From positions 32,001 to 96,000 of IMG/VR virus record IMGVR_UViG_3300021400_000347: a stretch of DNA of 64,000 nt; one strand, given 5' to 3'. Numbering within the stretch: position 1 is the stretch's first letter; every line of letters starts with the position of its first letter. The DNA comes from a virus (lineage: Duplodnaviria; Caudoviricetes). Position numbers and translations under genes: made by a program. The notes below the pieces were generated by a model. The model had not been told where the DNA came from and made no database searches. It was given only the letters and a program-made list of their open reading frames with translations. Shown piece by piece: positions 10,534 to 22,316 of the stretch.

Positions 10534-11636
10534 CGCACGCAGACAAAGAGCTAGAATATTTAAACTTATCTGCTCGTGATATAGTTGACGCGCTTGAGCT
10601 CGAAGATGTAGAAAAGTTTTTGCTCAGCCTAGGAGTCGAACAATTACAGGTTATGCCTGAAAAGGGATATATTATATCTCCAACAATTTGTCATAATCCA
10701 TTAGGCGCGGAGAGTAGCATGAAACTGTATTGGTATCAAAATAATAAGATATTTAGATGCTATACAGAATGTAATGAAGCTATGTCTATTTTTACACTCT
10801 ACCAAAAGTTTATGGCACTAAATTACCATGAAGTAAGTTTTGTTGAAGCTGTTGATTATGTAAAAAAGTTTATTCATGGAGAAGTTAAACCACGCGCGCG
10901 AAGCAACACCAATTATGACATAGAGAAATATAAGTATAATACAGTTATTCCTGAGCTAGAAGAATATAATCATAGTATTCTAGATTATTTTACTGTTTAT
11001 CATCATCCAGCCTGGATTAAAGATGGTATATTGCCAGAAACTATGGACAAGTTTAATATTCGTTTTTCACTAGGACAAAATAAGATAATTATTCCGCATT
11101 ATGATATTAAGAACAGACTTATTGGAATCCGCGGCAGAGCCCTAGAGAAAAAGGAAATAGATGAATTTGGGAAATATCGTCCAATTCAAGTCGGTGAAAC
11201 AATATATACTCATCCCCTTCAATTTAACTTATATGGGATTAATTTTCACCAGAATGGAATAAATAAACGTCGATCGGCCTTGCTGGTTGAAGGAGAAAAA
11301 TCTGTTATGATTGAGGACGGCTGGTATGGAGATTTAAGCAATAGCGTAGCGGTATGCGGCTCTCATTTTAATAAATATCAAATAGCATTATTAATTAGTA
11401 ATTTAAATGTGAATGAAATTATTGTTGCTTTTGATAAAGAATATGAGCAAAGCGATAGTGATCAAGGACATAGGTATCGCGCGAAAATTGAATCAATGTG
11501 TAAGCCTTTTCTTAATCAAGCTAATTTTTATTATATATGGGATTATAATAACTTGCTGGAGGAAAAAGATGCCCCAGTAGATAAAGGACAGCGAGTCTTT
11601 GAAGAATTATATAGAAATAAAGTAAAGGTAAGGTAA
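10521..11636 (+). CDS. dnaG: DNA primase
   Basis: Zn-finger ICH...CYTEC, IIIPHYD...GIRGR, TOPRIM LVEGEKS and VAFDKE. ATG follows GGAGG. Confidence 0.88.
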   Translation: MFDLTHADKELEYLNLSARDIVDALELEDVEKFLLSLGVEQLQVMPEKGYIISPTICHNPLGAESSMKLYWYQNNKIFRCYTECNEAMSIFTLYQKFMALNYHEVSFVEAVDYVKKFIHGEVKPRARSNTNYDIEKYKYNTVIPELEEYNHSILDYFTVYHHPAWIKDGILPETMDKFNIRFSLGQNKIIIPHYDIKNRLIGIRGRALEKKEIDEFGKYRPIQVGETIYTHPLQFNLYGINFHQNGINKRRSALLVEGEKSVMIEDGWYGDLSNSVAVCGSHFNKYQIALLISNLNVNEIIVAFDKEYEQSDSDQGHRYRAKIESMCKPFLNQANFYYIWDYNNLLEEKDAPVDKGQRVFEELYRNKVKVR

Positions 11637-11641
11637 TATAT

Positions 11642-13411
11642 ATGAAATATAAAGAGAAGAAGCATTATACACGGAATCCTAAGCAGGCATTAAATGATAT
11701 TCTAACGGACCGTGGAGTATTGGATATTGATAATTTTTTACACCCAAGCAGCGCGTGTGAGCTAGACCCAGCTCGTCTAGAGAACCTAGACGTTGGCGCG
11801 CGGATGCTGATGAAGCATCTTGAGAATAATAGCAATATTTTATTCATCGTGGATTGCGATGTGGATGGTTACACATCAAGTTCCATTCTCTGGCTATATA
11901 TTAAAGAGTTATATCCAGATATTAATTTAGACTTTATGGTTCATGAACATAAGCAGCACGGTTTATCGGACGTTGTTCATAAGATTGAAGACGGTAATTT
12001 TAATTTAGTTATTTGTCCCGACTCCGCAAGTTATGATGTAGAAGAGCATTGGACATTAAATAATATGGGGATGGATTGCCTGGTTATTGACCATCATGAG
12101 CAGCAAAATGATGATAACGGTAACCCGATTGTAAGTGATGCGCCAAAAACAATTGTTATCAATAATCAGCTTTCGCCGAATTATCCAAATAAAAGCCTGT
12201 GTGGTGCGGGCGTTGTATATAAGTTCTGTGAATATTTAGATAGCCTTCTCGGCGTCAATAACGCATTTAAGTTTATTGATTTAGTAGCTCTGGGTGAAAT
12301 TGCCGATGTTATGAATAGAACAAATACCGAAACCAATTATTTAATGATGGAAGGACTAAGGCATATTAGGAATAAAGGTTTTGAGACGCTATTAACCGCG
12401 CAATCTTACTCACTCAAAGATAAAGCTATCCCCCCATTTAATGGATTAACAACTATAGATGTAGCTTTCTATATCGCACCGCTGATTAACGCGATCACCA
12501 GAGTTGGAACCCGCACTGAAAAAGAAACTCTGTTTAAATGTTTTGTTTCTCCTGACGAGCTAGTGCCGAGCACAAAGCGCGGCGCCAAGTCTAGCGATTA
12601 TGAAACGGCCGCAGAACAGACCGCGCGCGTGGGTAAGAATGCGAAGTCTAGGCAGGATCGCATTAAAGAAAAAGCTATGGAAACCATTAGCTTTAAGATT
12701 GAAAAAGAAGGACTTGAGAATAATAATATTATTCTTGTAGAAGTAGATGCGGATGATGATATCCCACAAGAGCTAACTGGATTAGTAGCTATGGGTATGG
12801 TCAATAAATATCATCGTCCAGTTATGATAGGCCGGCGCAATGATAATGATCTAATTCAGGGAAGCATTAGAAGTAATAATAACTTTGCTGGTATTCCTAG
12901 CTTTAAACAGTTTTTGGAGAACAGTAAGTTTATTGAGTATACTGCTGGCCACGATAATGCGGCGGGCTTTGGTATTTCTGGTAATAAAGTAGACCAATTT
13001 ATCCAGTTCGCAAATACTACTTTGCGCGCAGAAGACTTCGACAACTGCTATCTCGTGGATTATATTCTAAATGCTGACGATGATAACTATGACCTTCTAA
13101 TTGAACTTGGCTCTCACGGGCAATATTTTGGTAATCAAATTGAAGAGATTACTTTAGTAGTAGAAAATATTACCTACAACAATTTCGTTCGTATGGGCGC
13201 GAATAAGGACAGCGTAAAAATCTCTTATAATAATATGGATTATATTAAGTTCAAAGACGAAGATTTTATCAATGAACTTGAACAAAATAAAAATAAGAAG
13301 TTGGTCATCTATGGCCGCCCGAATGTAAATGAGTTTGCTGGTAGGACAACTATCCAGTGTATCATCAATGACTATCAATTCGTAGATGATTTAAGCAAAT
13401 ACGACTTTTGA
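11642..13411 (+). CDS. recJ: RecJ-like ssDNA exonuclease (DHH family)
   Basis: DCDVDG, IDHH, LCGAGV, GEIADVM, GSIRS and AGHDNAAG. Confidence 0.92.
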   Translation: MKYKEKKHYTRNPKQALNDILTDRGVLDIDNFLHPSSACELDPARLENLDVGARMLMKHLENNSNILFIVDCDVDGYTSSSILWLYIKELYPDINLDFMVHEHKQHGLSDVVHKIEDGNFNLVICPDSASYDVEEHWTLNNMGMDCLVIDHHEQQNDDNGNPIVSDAPKTIVINNQLSPNYPNKSLCGAGVVYKFCEYLDSLLGVNNAFKFIDLVALGEIADVMNRTNTETNYLMMEGLRHIRNKGFETLLTAQSYSLKDKAIPPFNGLTTIDVAFYIAPLINAITRVGTRTEKETLFKCFVSPDELVPSTKRGAKSSDYETAAEQTARVGKNAKSRQDRIKEKAMETISFKIEKEGLENNNIILVEVDADDDIPQELTGLVAMGMVNKYHRPVMIGRRNDNDLIQGSIRSNNNFAGIPSFKQFLENSKFIEYTAGHDNAAGFGISGNKVDQFIQFANTTLRAEDFDNCYLVDYILNADDDNYDLLIELGSHGQYFGNQIEEITLVVENITYNNFVRMGANKDSVKISYNNMDYIKFKDEDFINELEQNKNKKLVIYGRPNVNEFAGRTTIQCIINDYQFVDDLSKYDF

Positions 13412-13436
13412 CAAAAAACAAAAAATCTGTTATAAT
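13408..13436 (+). promoter_or_regulatory. sigma-A promoter
   Basis: TTGACA-17-TATAAT with TG extension. Confidence 0.8.
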
Positions 13437-13465
13437 ATTAGTATAAACTAGAACGGAGTGATAGA

Positions 13466-16400
13466 ATGGACTTACGACAATATAAGCGTATGGAGACTCA
13501 TTCACATAGTAATTATAGTAATATTCGGCTACTAGACTCAATTAATCGTCCAAAGGATATGATTTTGACGGCAGCGTCACTTGGGTTGAGTGGTGTAGCA
13601 TTAACAGATCATGAGTGTCTTTGCGGTGCGGTTGAATGGTTGACGTTGGAAAAAGACTTGAAGGCCGCTGGAAAAATCCCAGAAGATTTTAAATGCGCGA
13701 TTGGCAATGAGATTTATTTGGTTGATGAAAGAAAGGCAAAGCAGCCATATTATCACTTTATTCTTATTGCCAAAGATACAATAGGTTTTAGACAGCTATG
13801 TAAGTTATCTTCTCAAAGTTGGTATAATTCATATCATGACCGTGGTATGGAACGAGTACCGACTTTAAAGTCAGAGCTTTATAAAATTGTTAAAGAAAAT
13901 CCAGGACATTTAATTGCGACAAATGCTTGTATTGGTGGAGAGCTACCAAGAGCATTATTAAAGTTAATTGAAGCGGAAAAGAATAAAGATGAAGCAACAA
14001 TTAATGCCGCGCGCGAACAAGTAAATAAGTTTATTGAGTTCTGTCTGGATTTGTTTGGTAATGACTTTTATATTGAGGTTGCGCCGGGAACTAGCCCAGA
14101 GCAGGTGGCATACAACAAACGAGTTGTTAGTATTGCGAAGTTCTTCAATATTAAAATGATTTATGCGACCGACGCACATTATCTAAAGAAGAGCGATAGA
14201 TATGTACATAAGGCATACTTGAACTCTAAAGTTGGCGAGCGTGAGGTTGATAATTTCTACGAGTTCGCGCACTTTATGGACAATAATGAAGCGTGGGAAT
14301 ACCTTTCAGTCGCATATAATGAAGAGCAGTTCATTGAATTTTGTAATAATTCAATGGAGATCTACGGGAAAATTGGGACTTATGATATTTTTAGAAATCC
14401 AATTATTCCTAAGATTGAAGTAAAAGATTATCCAAAGCGGGAAGCATTTCTTGATGGGTATCCAGTATTAGCTTATCTATTTAACTCTGACGAAGTTCAG
14501 GAGCGATATTGGGTAAATGAATGCTGGAATAGGTTATGTGAACTAGGCCTGAATCAAAATGACGTATACATCAAGCGTCTTGAAACTGAAGCTGATATTA
14601 TTCAAACAATCGGGCATAAACTGGGCAATTGCCTATTTGAATATTTCAATACGTTCCAGCATTTTATTGATTTGTTCTGGGAGTGCGGTTCAATTGTAGG
14701 CCCCGGGCGTGGAAGTAGTGTATGTTTCTTATCAAACTTCTTGCTAGGTATCACGCAGCTTGACCCAATTAAATGGAATCTTGTAGAATGGCGTTTTCTA
14801 AATAAAGAGCGTACAGAACTCCCTGATGTTGATATTGATTTAAGTCCATCAAAACGTCCACTCATCTTAAAACGAATTCGTGAAGAGCGCGGAGAGCTTA
14901 GAGTTCTACAAGTAGCGACATTTGGAACAGAAGGTACAAAGAGCGCGATTATCACAGCTTGCCGTGGTTATCGTAGCGAAACATATCCAGAAGGTATTGA
15001 TAATGATACGGCATTATATATTGCCAGCCTTGTCCCGCAGGAGCGCGGAATGCTATGGAGTCTGGATGATGTAACGAAAGGTAATGAAGAAAAAGGTCGT
15101 CAGCCAGTAACTATGTTTAATAATGAAATGGATAAGTATCCTGGATTATTAGATATTGTTTATGGTATTGATGGTCTGGTAAACAAGCGGAGCCAACATG
15201 CGTCAGGTGTTATCCTATATAATAGTGACCCTTGGGATACAAATGCTGTAATGAGAAGCCCAAATGGAGATTTAACGACACAATTCGATCTTCATAAGTC
15301 TGAGGCTTTAGGAGACACCAAGTTCGACTTCCTCGTTACTGAAATCTGTAATAAAATCACCAATGCCATTCTTCTAATGCAGAATGATAATGTACTTCCT
15401 AAAAATATGTCATTGAGAGAAGTATATAATAAGTATCTTCATCCTGATGTTATTAATTTGAAAGATGATAGACTGTGGGATACATTAGCATCTGGACAAG
15501 TAGTAGATTTGTTCCAGTTTGATACGCCAGTTGGCGGGCAAGCGATTCGTTCAATTCTACCTCGGGATCCGATTCAAATGATGATGGCCAACGCATTGAC
15601 TCGACTGACGGGTGAGAAAGGGCAAGAGCGTCCAATTGAAAAGTATGTACGCTTTAAGAATGACATCCGTCAGTGGTATAATGAATGTAAACGGTGGCAT
15701 TTAACTGACGATGATATTAAATTGCTTGAACCATATTATTTGCCTGTATTTGGAGTCCCAACTACACAGGAGAAATTAATGCTTCTTTGTATGGAGCCAA
15801 AGCTCGCACATTTCACTCTAGCGGAAGCAAATACTGCTAGAAAGATTTGCGCGAAAAAGCAGTTAAATAAAATTCCCGATCTTAAAGAGAAGTTCATTTC
15901 ACAATGCCCTAAACGAGAGTTGGGAGAATATGTATGGTTTAGCGCGATTGAACCACAGATGTCATATGCGTTCGCAGAGCCGCACGCTTTAGCATATAGT
16001 TTTATTGCGATTCAAATCTTAGTATTAACAACATATTATCCAATCATTTATTGGAATTGCGCGTGTTTAATTACTAATAGCGGCGGAGACGATTTTATTG
16101 AAGTCGATAACGAAGAAATTGAAATTAATAATGATGATGATGACGATGAAGAAGACGATGATGACGATGAGGAGATAAGTAAAAAAGTTAAGACTACTGA
16201 TTATGGAAAAGTCGCGACAGCGATTGGTAACTTCCAGAATCGAGGTATTAAAATCGAACCTCCTGATGTAAATAGTTCATTGTTTACGTTTTCTCCAAAT
16301 GTCGCAGATAATAAAATCGTTTATGGGCTTCGCGGTATTACAAGGTTGTCTGTGGATACAATTAAAAGTATCATTGCGAATCGTCCATTTAGTTCTATGG

Positions 16401-17380
16401 AAGATTTCCTGACTAAAGTAAAGCTTAATAAGGTTCAAATGATTAATCTTATTAAATGTGGCGCGTTTGATGTTGTAGAAAATAAGCCTCGAGAAGAAAT
16501 AATGCATAAATATCTTGAAAGTATCGCAGATAAAAAGACGAGGCTGACTTTACAGAATATGCAGATGCTAATCACAAAAGAGCTCATTCCTGATGAGATG
16601 AGTTATTATGCGAAGTTATTCTTGTTTAATAAGCATCTAAAAACGCAGAAGGCCGGACAATATTATATGTTGAACGATGCCGCGATTCGATTCATTGACG
16701 AGCATTTTGATTTAAATAAAACTGCGGACGGCGATAAGATCCTCCAAACCGTATGGGACAAAATGTATAGTAATGGAATGGAGCCAATGCGCGCGTATCT
16801 AAAGGCGCACGCGCAGGAGATGTTGGACGCATTGAATCAAAGCTTGTATGATGAAGTTGCTGAAAAGTATGCGCAAGGTAATATTAGCCACTGGGAAATG
16901 GAATCAGTAAACTTTTATTCGCACGAACACGAATTAATTAAAGCTGCGAATGATTATGATGATTTCTTCTCACTTCCAGAAGAGCCAGAACTTGAATATT
17001 CTTTCGTGTCAGACAGTGGCCAGGAGATAAAAATCTTTAAAATCCATCGTATTATTGGTACAGTAATTGATAAAAATAAATTAAAGAATACCGTAACTTT
17101 ATTAACCCCAACCGGTGTAGTAAATGTTAAGGTATATAAAAATCAATACGCTGTATATGATAAGCAAATTTCCGCGCCAAAGCCAGGCGGCGGAAAAACT
17201 GTTCTAGAAAAAAGTTGGTTTAGCCGCGGGAATAAACTGCTCGTACAAGGCATTCGCAGAGGGAATGAATTTATTCCTAAAAAGAAAAAGCAAGCATTAC
17301 TACCAGTAATTACAAAAATTATTGATATTGATGAAAAAGGGACGTTGACTTTCCAGCAAGAACGAGTGGAGGTAGATTAA
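13466..17380 (+). CDS. dnaE: DNA polymerase III alpha subunit (family C)
   Basis: PHP domain HSHSNYS and ALTDH, GPGRGSS, PDVDID, HASGV and KFDFL. No in-frame TAG in 1304 codons. Confidence 0.96.
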   Translation: MDLRQYKRMETHSHSNYSNIRLLDSINRPKDMILTAASLGLSGVALTDHECLCGAVEWLTLEKDLKAAGKIPEDFKCAIGNEIYLVDERKAKQPYYHFILIAKDTIGFRQLCKLSSQSWYNSYHDRGMERVPTLKSELYKIVKENPGHLIATNACIGGELPRALLKLIEAEKNKDEATINAAREQVNKFIEFCLDLFGNDFYIEVAPGTSPEQVAYNKRVVSIAKFFNIKMIYATDAHYLKKSDRYVHKAYLNSKVGEREVDNFYEFAHFMDNNEAWEYLSVAYNEEQFIEFCNNSMEIYGKIGTYDIFRNPIIPKIEVKDYPKREAFLDGYPVLAYLFNSDEVQERYWVNECWNRLCELGLNQNDVYIKRLETEADIIQTIGHKLGNCLFEYFNTFQHFIDLFWECGSIVGPGRGSSVCFLSNFLLGITQLDPIKWNLVEWRFLNKERTELPDVDIDLSPSKRPLILKRIREERGELRVLQVATFGTEGTKSAIITACRGYRSETYPEGIDNDTALYIASLVPQERGMLWSLDDVTKGNEEKGRQPVTMFNNEMDKYPGLLDIVYGIDGLVNKRSQHASGVILYNSDPWDTNAVMRSPNGDLTTQFDLHKSEALGDTKFDFLVTEICNKITNAILLMQNDNVLPKNMSLREVYNKYLHPDVINLKDDRLWDTLASGQVVDLFQFDTPVGGQAIRSILPRDPIQMMMANALTRLTGEKGQERPIEKYVRFKNDIRQWYNECKRWHLTDDDIKLLEPYYLPVFGVPTTQEKLMLLCMEPKLAHFTLAEANTARKICAKKQLNKIPDLKEKFISQCPKRELGEYVWFSAIEPQMSYAFAEPHALAYSFIAIQILVLTTYYPIIYWNCACLITNSGGDDFIEVDNEEIEINNDDDDDEEDDDDDEEISKKVKTTDYGKVATAIGNFQNRGIKIEPPDVNSSLFTFSPNVADNKIVYGLRGITRLSVDTIKSIIANRPFSSMEDFLTKVKLNKVQMINLIKCGAFDVVENKPREEIMHKYLESIADKKTRLTLQNMQMLITKELIPDEMSYYAKLFLFNKHLKTQKAGQYYMLNDAAIRFIDEHFDLNKTADGDKILQTVWDKMYSNGMEPMRAYLKAHAQEMLDALNQSLYDEVAEKYAQGNISHWEMESVNFYSHEHELIKAANDYDDFFSLPEEPELEYSFVSDSGQEIKIFKIHRIIGTVIDKNKLKNTVTLLTPTGVVNVKVYKNQYAVYDKQISAPKPGGGKTVLEKSWFSRGNKLLVQGIRRGNEFIPKKKKQALLPVITKIIDIDEKGTLTFQQERVEVD

Positions 17381-17381
17381 A

Positions 17382-18458
17382 ATGATAGGATTGGTTGATT
17401 ATGATCTATAGACGTCAGCTCTATCAGAGCTGACCCCTCCAAACTTGGAAATAATGAAGCTGGCCAATTATTATAAAATAGAAGAAAACAAGTTCTGTAG
17501 ATTGGTTTCACTAAAGGAAGAAGATCTATCTAATTATAGTTAGATTTATTTCTTTAGTGAAACCGCGCGCGAACCCGATATACCAGAAGCCTTTAAGACC
17601 AATCCTAATGTTATATACGGCGGTTCAGCTTTTACTAATGAGTAGTATGTGCCATTTGCCAATGATTTAATTGATTATACTCTTCCTTCACCGATGATTT
17701 ATAAAAACTTTTTAAAAGAAAAGTATGATGAAGGTATTAAAAGTAATGTGATTGAACATATTTTAGATGATAGTTATTATAGGCAAATGGCAGGGGATAA
17801 AAAATTACCCATTCCGCCGGTAAAAAAGAGAAAACGGGTGTATATCTATGACCGAGATTTTTTCGCGCCAGATTGGGAAAAGAATATTTCCATCTTGAGC
17901 GATAGACATCCTTCTTCTATCATTACTATCCATCCTATTCATTGTAAGACTCTAACGCAATATTTTAATTTAAGAAACTTCCCTAAACTTTCGCGCGCGA
18001 ATGGCATCATTCTTGACGTAGATGTTCCATACGATGATATTCCTTATCTACTAAAAAAATATTTAAAATTATTTTTAGCAGATATTAGCACTATAACACC
18101 ATTTTATATCGCAATAGGCGGGAATCTTAAAAGTAATCGTGCCTATTACACTAATTTGATTAAACAATTAAATTTATTATATTCTTTCTGGGCAAAATCA
18201 GTACCAGTAAAGATATATTATATAAAACCCGGACTTGGATACAATAATCCATTAGATAATTTATTCAAGGCATTAGAACTATGGACAAGAAGTTTTAATA
18301 AGGATAAAACAATCAATGACCGTATTGTTTATAAAAAAAAGAAGATATAGATAGAACGTGACGAGCGCGATGAGCTATTAAAATTTTATCCTACGGCAGC
18401 CACATTGTTTGATTAGAGTTTTAATGCTGTATCTTCAAGGGGGTATTGGAGAATATGA
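17382..18458 (+). CDS. Protein with N-terminus like phage radical-SAM/Fe-S oxidoreductase homologues, several TAGs
   Basis: MIGLVDYD...PNLEIMKLANYYK...YGGSAF. Reading through 5 TAGs gives 358 aa ending TGA and overlapping the next ATG. Confidence 0.6.
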
Positions 18459-18661
18459 CAGTAGATGAAATCATTATAAAACACGAATAGCTATCTAAGC
18501 AATTAAAGGTTGCTGCGTCTACGATGGCGTTAAGTGATGATGTTAAAACAATTTTTGCTAAAATAAAGGATCTACAAGAGCAATGCCCACATTTTAGCGC
18601 AAAACATAATTTTGTATAGATAGACGATAAATGCCCTTATTGCGGCAAGAAATTGGAGTGA
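18455..18661 (+). CDS. Small Zn-ribbon protein (2 TAG)
   Basis: 68 aa with CPH...CPYCG. ATGA overlap with the upstream gene. Confidence 0.65.
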
Positions 18662-18666
18662 TTAAT

Positions 18667-18882
18667 ATGGTAACGTTATATACAAGTGATACTTGTGGAG
18701 TATGTAAGGCTATGAAAATGAAGATGGCTATGAAGAATATTCCATATGAAAATAAAACAGACATTGATTACTTAATGGACAAGGGCATTTAGAGATTACC
18801 TGTGCTTCAGCTTGAAGATGGCACGCTAATTGATTCTCCTACCGAAATCAATGCTTGGATTAAATCACAGCCGGAGGAGTAA
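18667..18882 (+). CDS. nrdH: Glutaredoxin/NrdH-like redoxin (1 TAG at 18790)
   Basis: MVTLYTSDTCGVCK...GI(Q)RLPVL, immediately upstream of nrdD. Confidence 0.8.
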
Positions 18883-18886
18883 GAAA

Positions 18887-20809
18887 ATGGATATTAGAGT
18901 CAGATTAAATAAGAACTTCCAGACTGCGTATAACCGTATGAGCGAGAAGTACGGAGAAGAAATGGCCTATTTAAATGGCTTTGGAGACAAGCAGTTATCA
19001 TATACAGATTTTATTGATAATTTTATTGATAAAGAAACTGTCGCTGATGCCTCCGTAGATGGTAATTCAAATGTTGGCAATAAAGATATGCGCACCCTAA
19101 TGAATGAAATGCCTAAGCCGCACCGTAAGCTACTCGCTTTTAATAAGATTTATTATGAGCTTAATAAAAAGTATGGATTTAAGGTAGCAAATGACTGGCT
19201 TGAAAAAGAGTGGACGAAGGCATTATACATGCATGATGCTGACACCAGCACATACATCCATTATTGTTTTGCGTATGATTTGAAGGATGTCGCAGAAAAG
19301 GGATTATTTTTCCTAAACAACTTCAATGCTGAGCCGCCACGTCATTTGAGCACTTTTGTAGATTTCGTTAAGGAGTTTATTAGCTTTGCGGCAAATCGCT
19401 CTTCCGGCGCAGTTGGTCTACCAAATATTATTCCTTATATGTATTATTTCTGGAAAAAAGATTGCGAAACTGGATATGCTACAAAGTCTCCCGAGTATTA
19501 TGCGCGCCAGCAGATTCAGCGCTTCGTATATGCTGTAAATCAGCCGTATGTAAGGGATGGAATGTAGAGCGCATTTACAAACTGTTCTGTTTTTGATATG
19601 GCTTATCTTGAGGCGCTGTTTGGTGGGAGCATATTCCCAGATGGCTCATTTATGATTGATGAGCTACAAGGTATCCAAGATTTCCAAAAGGTTTTCATGG
19701 AAACTATCGCGGAAATTAGACAGCATAATATGTTTACCTTCCCGGTTCTGACGATTAGCCTTCTACGTAAAGATGGTAAGTTCGCGGACGAAGCCTTCGC
19801 GCGCTGGGGAGTAGAGCATAATAGAAAGTGGAGTGACAGTAATCTATTCATTGATGACAGTGTTAATTCATTAAGCAATTGCTGCCGCCTAAAGAGTAAT
19901 ATCCAAGACCTAGGTTATTTCAATTCCATTGGAGGAACCGCACTAAAGGTCGGCTCCGTAAAGGTCTCTACTGTAAACCTAGCCCGCCTAGCACTAGAAC
20001 ATCCCGGTGATGAAGAGGGCTATCTCGCTGCGCTTGAGGAGCTAGTAGAGCTTGATTGTAAGGCGCTAGATTGTGTAAGAAATATTATTGTTCGCAATGT
20101 AGAAAAGGGACTACTTCCCAATTTCTCAAAGGGCATTGTAGATTTTGATCATTTATATAATACTGTCGGTATTATTGGTATTTATGAGACAATGAAGACT
20201 TTCCACTATACCACAGAAGATGAGTTCGGTAATGTTTTTTATACCAAAAAGGCTGATGAGTTTGGTAAGCGCATTTTTGAAGTGCTACATAGAACAAAGG
20301 ATGCTTTTGCCGCGGATAAAAATTATAAGATTAATGTAGAGCAAATCCCCGGCGAATCCGCGGCCGCAAAACTACAAATCGCGGACGAGTTCTTCTTCCC
20401 AGAGACAGTAGTAAAAGATTTGCCACTATATGGTAATCAATTTATTCCTCTTGGAATTAAGACGACAATGGTTGAGCGCATTCGTATTGCTTCCCTATTC
20501 GATAGCTATTGTAATGGCGGCAGCATCGCTCATTTGAATATTGACGCCCCGTTTGACAGCTTTGAGAAAGCCTGGGACGCAGTTAATTATATTGCTGATC
20601 AAGGGCTAACTTACTTCGCCTTTAATACAAAGATTCAGGCCTGCGCGAAAAACCACGCATTTTATGGTACGAAGTGCCCAGTTTGCGGCGGAGATGTTGC
20701 GACAGAATACACACGCATTGTAGGTTTCTATACTCCAATTAAGTCATGGTCAAAAGAAAGAAAAGCAGAGTTTACATTACGTCAATGGGAGCATTTAAAT
20801 GAAACTTAA
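18887..20809 (+). CDS. nrdD: Anaerobic (class III) ribonucleotide reductase, one in-frame TAG (19565-19567)
   Basis: YMHD...YCF, SSGAV, RDGM(Q)SAFTN, FTFPV, SNCCRL, CPVCG and glycyl-radical loop TRIVGFY. Confidence 0.95.
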
Positions 20810-21278
20810 AGGCATTATAGACTATGACTGTACTAATTATAAAAAGCCGTGCTTAACACTTGAATTTCCACACTGCTCATTTAAGTGCGATGAACTAAAT
20901 GGTATTCAATGCTGCCAGAATGGACAGCTCGCGCGCGAACCTGATATTGAAGTTTCATTTGAATCTATTTGGAAACTATATCAATCGAATCCGCTAACAA
21001 AGGCGTTCTGCTGCCAAGGTCTAGAGCCATTTGACAGTTTAAATGATTTGTGGGAATTAATTGATTATATTCGTAATATGAAGCATTGTACAGATGAATT
21101 TATTATTTATACTGGCTATAATAGAGATGAATGCTCATACGCATTAGAGCTATTGAATGGCTATCCTAATATAGCAATTAAATGGGGACGTTATTTAATA
21201 AATAATGCCCCCCACTATGATGATACGTTAGGTATATACCTAGCTAGTGATAATCAGTATGCTGAATGGGTGAGTTAA
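20799..21278 (+). CDS. nrdG: Class III RNR activase (radical SAM)
   Basis: CSFKC...CCQN, GLEPF, IYTGY, GRY and LASDNQ. Overlaps the end of nrdD. Confidence 0.88.
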   Translation: MKLKGIIDYDCTNYKKPCLTLEFPHCSFKCDELNGIQCCQNGQLAREPDIEVSFESIWKLYQSNPLTKAFCCQGLEPFDSLNDLWELIDYIRNMKHCTDEFIIYTGYNRDECSYALELLNGYPNIAIKWGRYLINNAPHYDDTLGIYLASDNQYAEWVS

Positions 21279-21333
21279 TCTCACCCACTTTTCTTTTTAG
21301 ATATTTGACTTTTCTCTCAAAATATGTTATAAT
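21267..21333 (+). promoter_or_regulatory. Terminator followed by sigma-A promoter
   Basis: TGGGTGAG-ttaat-CTCACCCA plus T-run, then TTGACT(21305)-17-TATAAT(21328). Confidence 0.75.
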
Positions 21334-21362
21334 AAATTATAAACAGAGAGAGGTAGATAAGT

Positions 21363-22316
21363 ATGTGGTATATCATTGTTGGTATTTGTATCGGCGTTAT
21401 TATTTTACTTAGTATCAAATTAGCGCAAAAGTAGAAATTAGATTATAGTGAGTTAAATAAACTTACTCAATAGCTTGAATTTGCGCGCGATAGTCTAGTC
21501 AGCACTGAACAAAGACGATTGCGCGCATAGGTTGAGTTAAATAACGCGCAAGACTAGTATCATGCTTTAATCTAGAATAAGACAGAAGAACTTAAACGAA
21601 ACTTTGAATAGCAATCTAATGAATAGCAAGCTAGACTGAAAGAGCTTTGGGAAACCAAGAAAAATAATTTAGAATTAAAATTAGCCACGTTAGAGCAAAG
21701 TTATACCGAGCAGGAATTAAAAATAAAAAATGATTTTGAAGCTTAGGAAAGCGCTTTAACCGCGGCGCTAGTAGACTTAAACTCTAAAGTAAATTATGAA
21801 ACGGAGCGCTATAATGGGATATTAGAGCCTTTAAAAATACTAGAAAAAGAACGCCAAGATAAGCTATTCTATACGATTTAGATTCCACTTGAATATCACG
21901 ATGATATTGATTTCTTACTTACTACTGTCGCCGCAAAAGTACAACATCCAGATATAATTAGTAAATTAATTTGGGCAGAATATATTAAGCCCAATTTGGA
22001 TGAAACCTTTAAACGTGTTGGGATAGAAGCAAAATCTGGTATATATAAATTAACAAATATAGATAGCGGAAAAGCCTACATAGGAAAAAGTACAGATATA
22101 AAGAAACGTATTGCTGACCACTTCAAGTCCACAGTTGGAATTAAATCTATTGCTGATTAGTATGTACATCATGAAATATTAAAAACTGGTTTATGGAATT
22201 GGAGTATTGAATATATAACCTATTGTGATAAAGAAGAGTTAAGTGATTTAGAAAAGTATTATATCAACTTCTTCAAAACGCAAGAATTTGGTTATAATCG
22301 TAAGGAGGGCGGCTAA
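21363..22316 (+). CDS. N-terminal TM + coiled coil + GIY-YIG nuclease (about 10 TAG; absent from ORF track)
   Basis: MWYIIVGICIGVIILLSI...SGIYKLTNIDSGKAYIGKSTDIKKRIADH...LEKYYI...GYN. GAGAGGT RBS. TAATG overlap with the next gene. Confidence 0.85.

Noticed and set aside
19565-19597. Intron or split gene in nrdD (and in the helicase at 9862)
   Set aside because: The gap is a single in-frame TAG with continuous conserved sequence on both sides.
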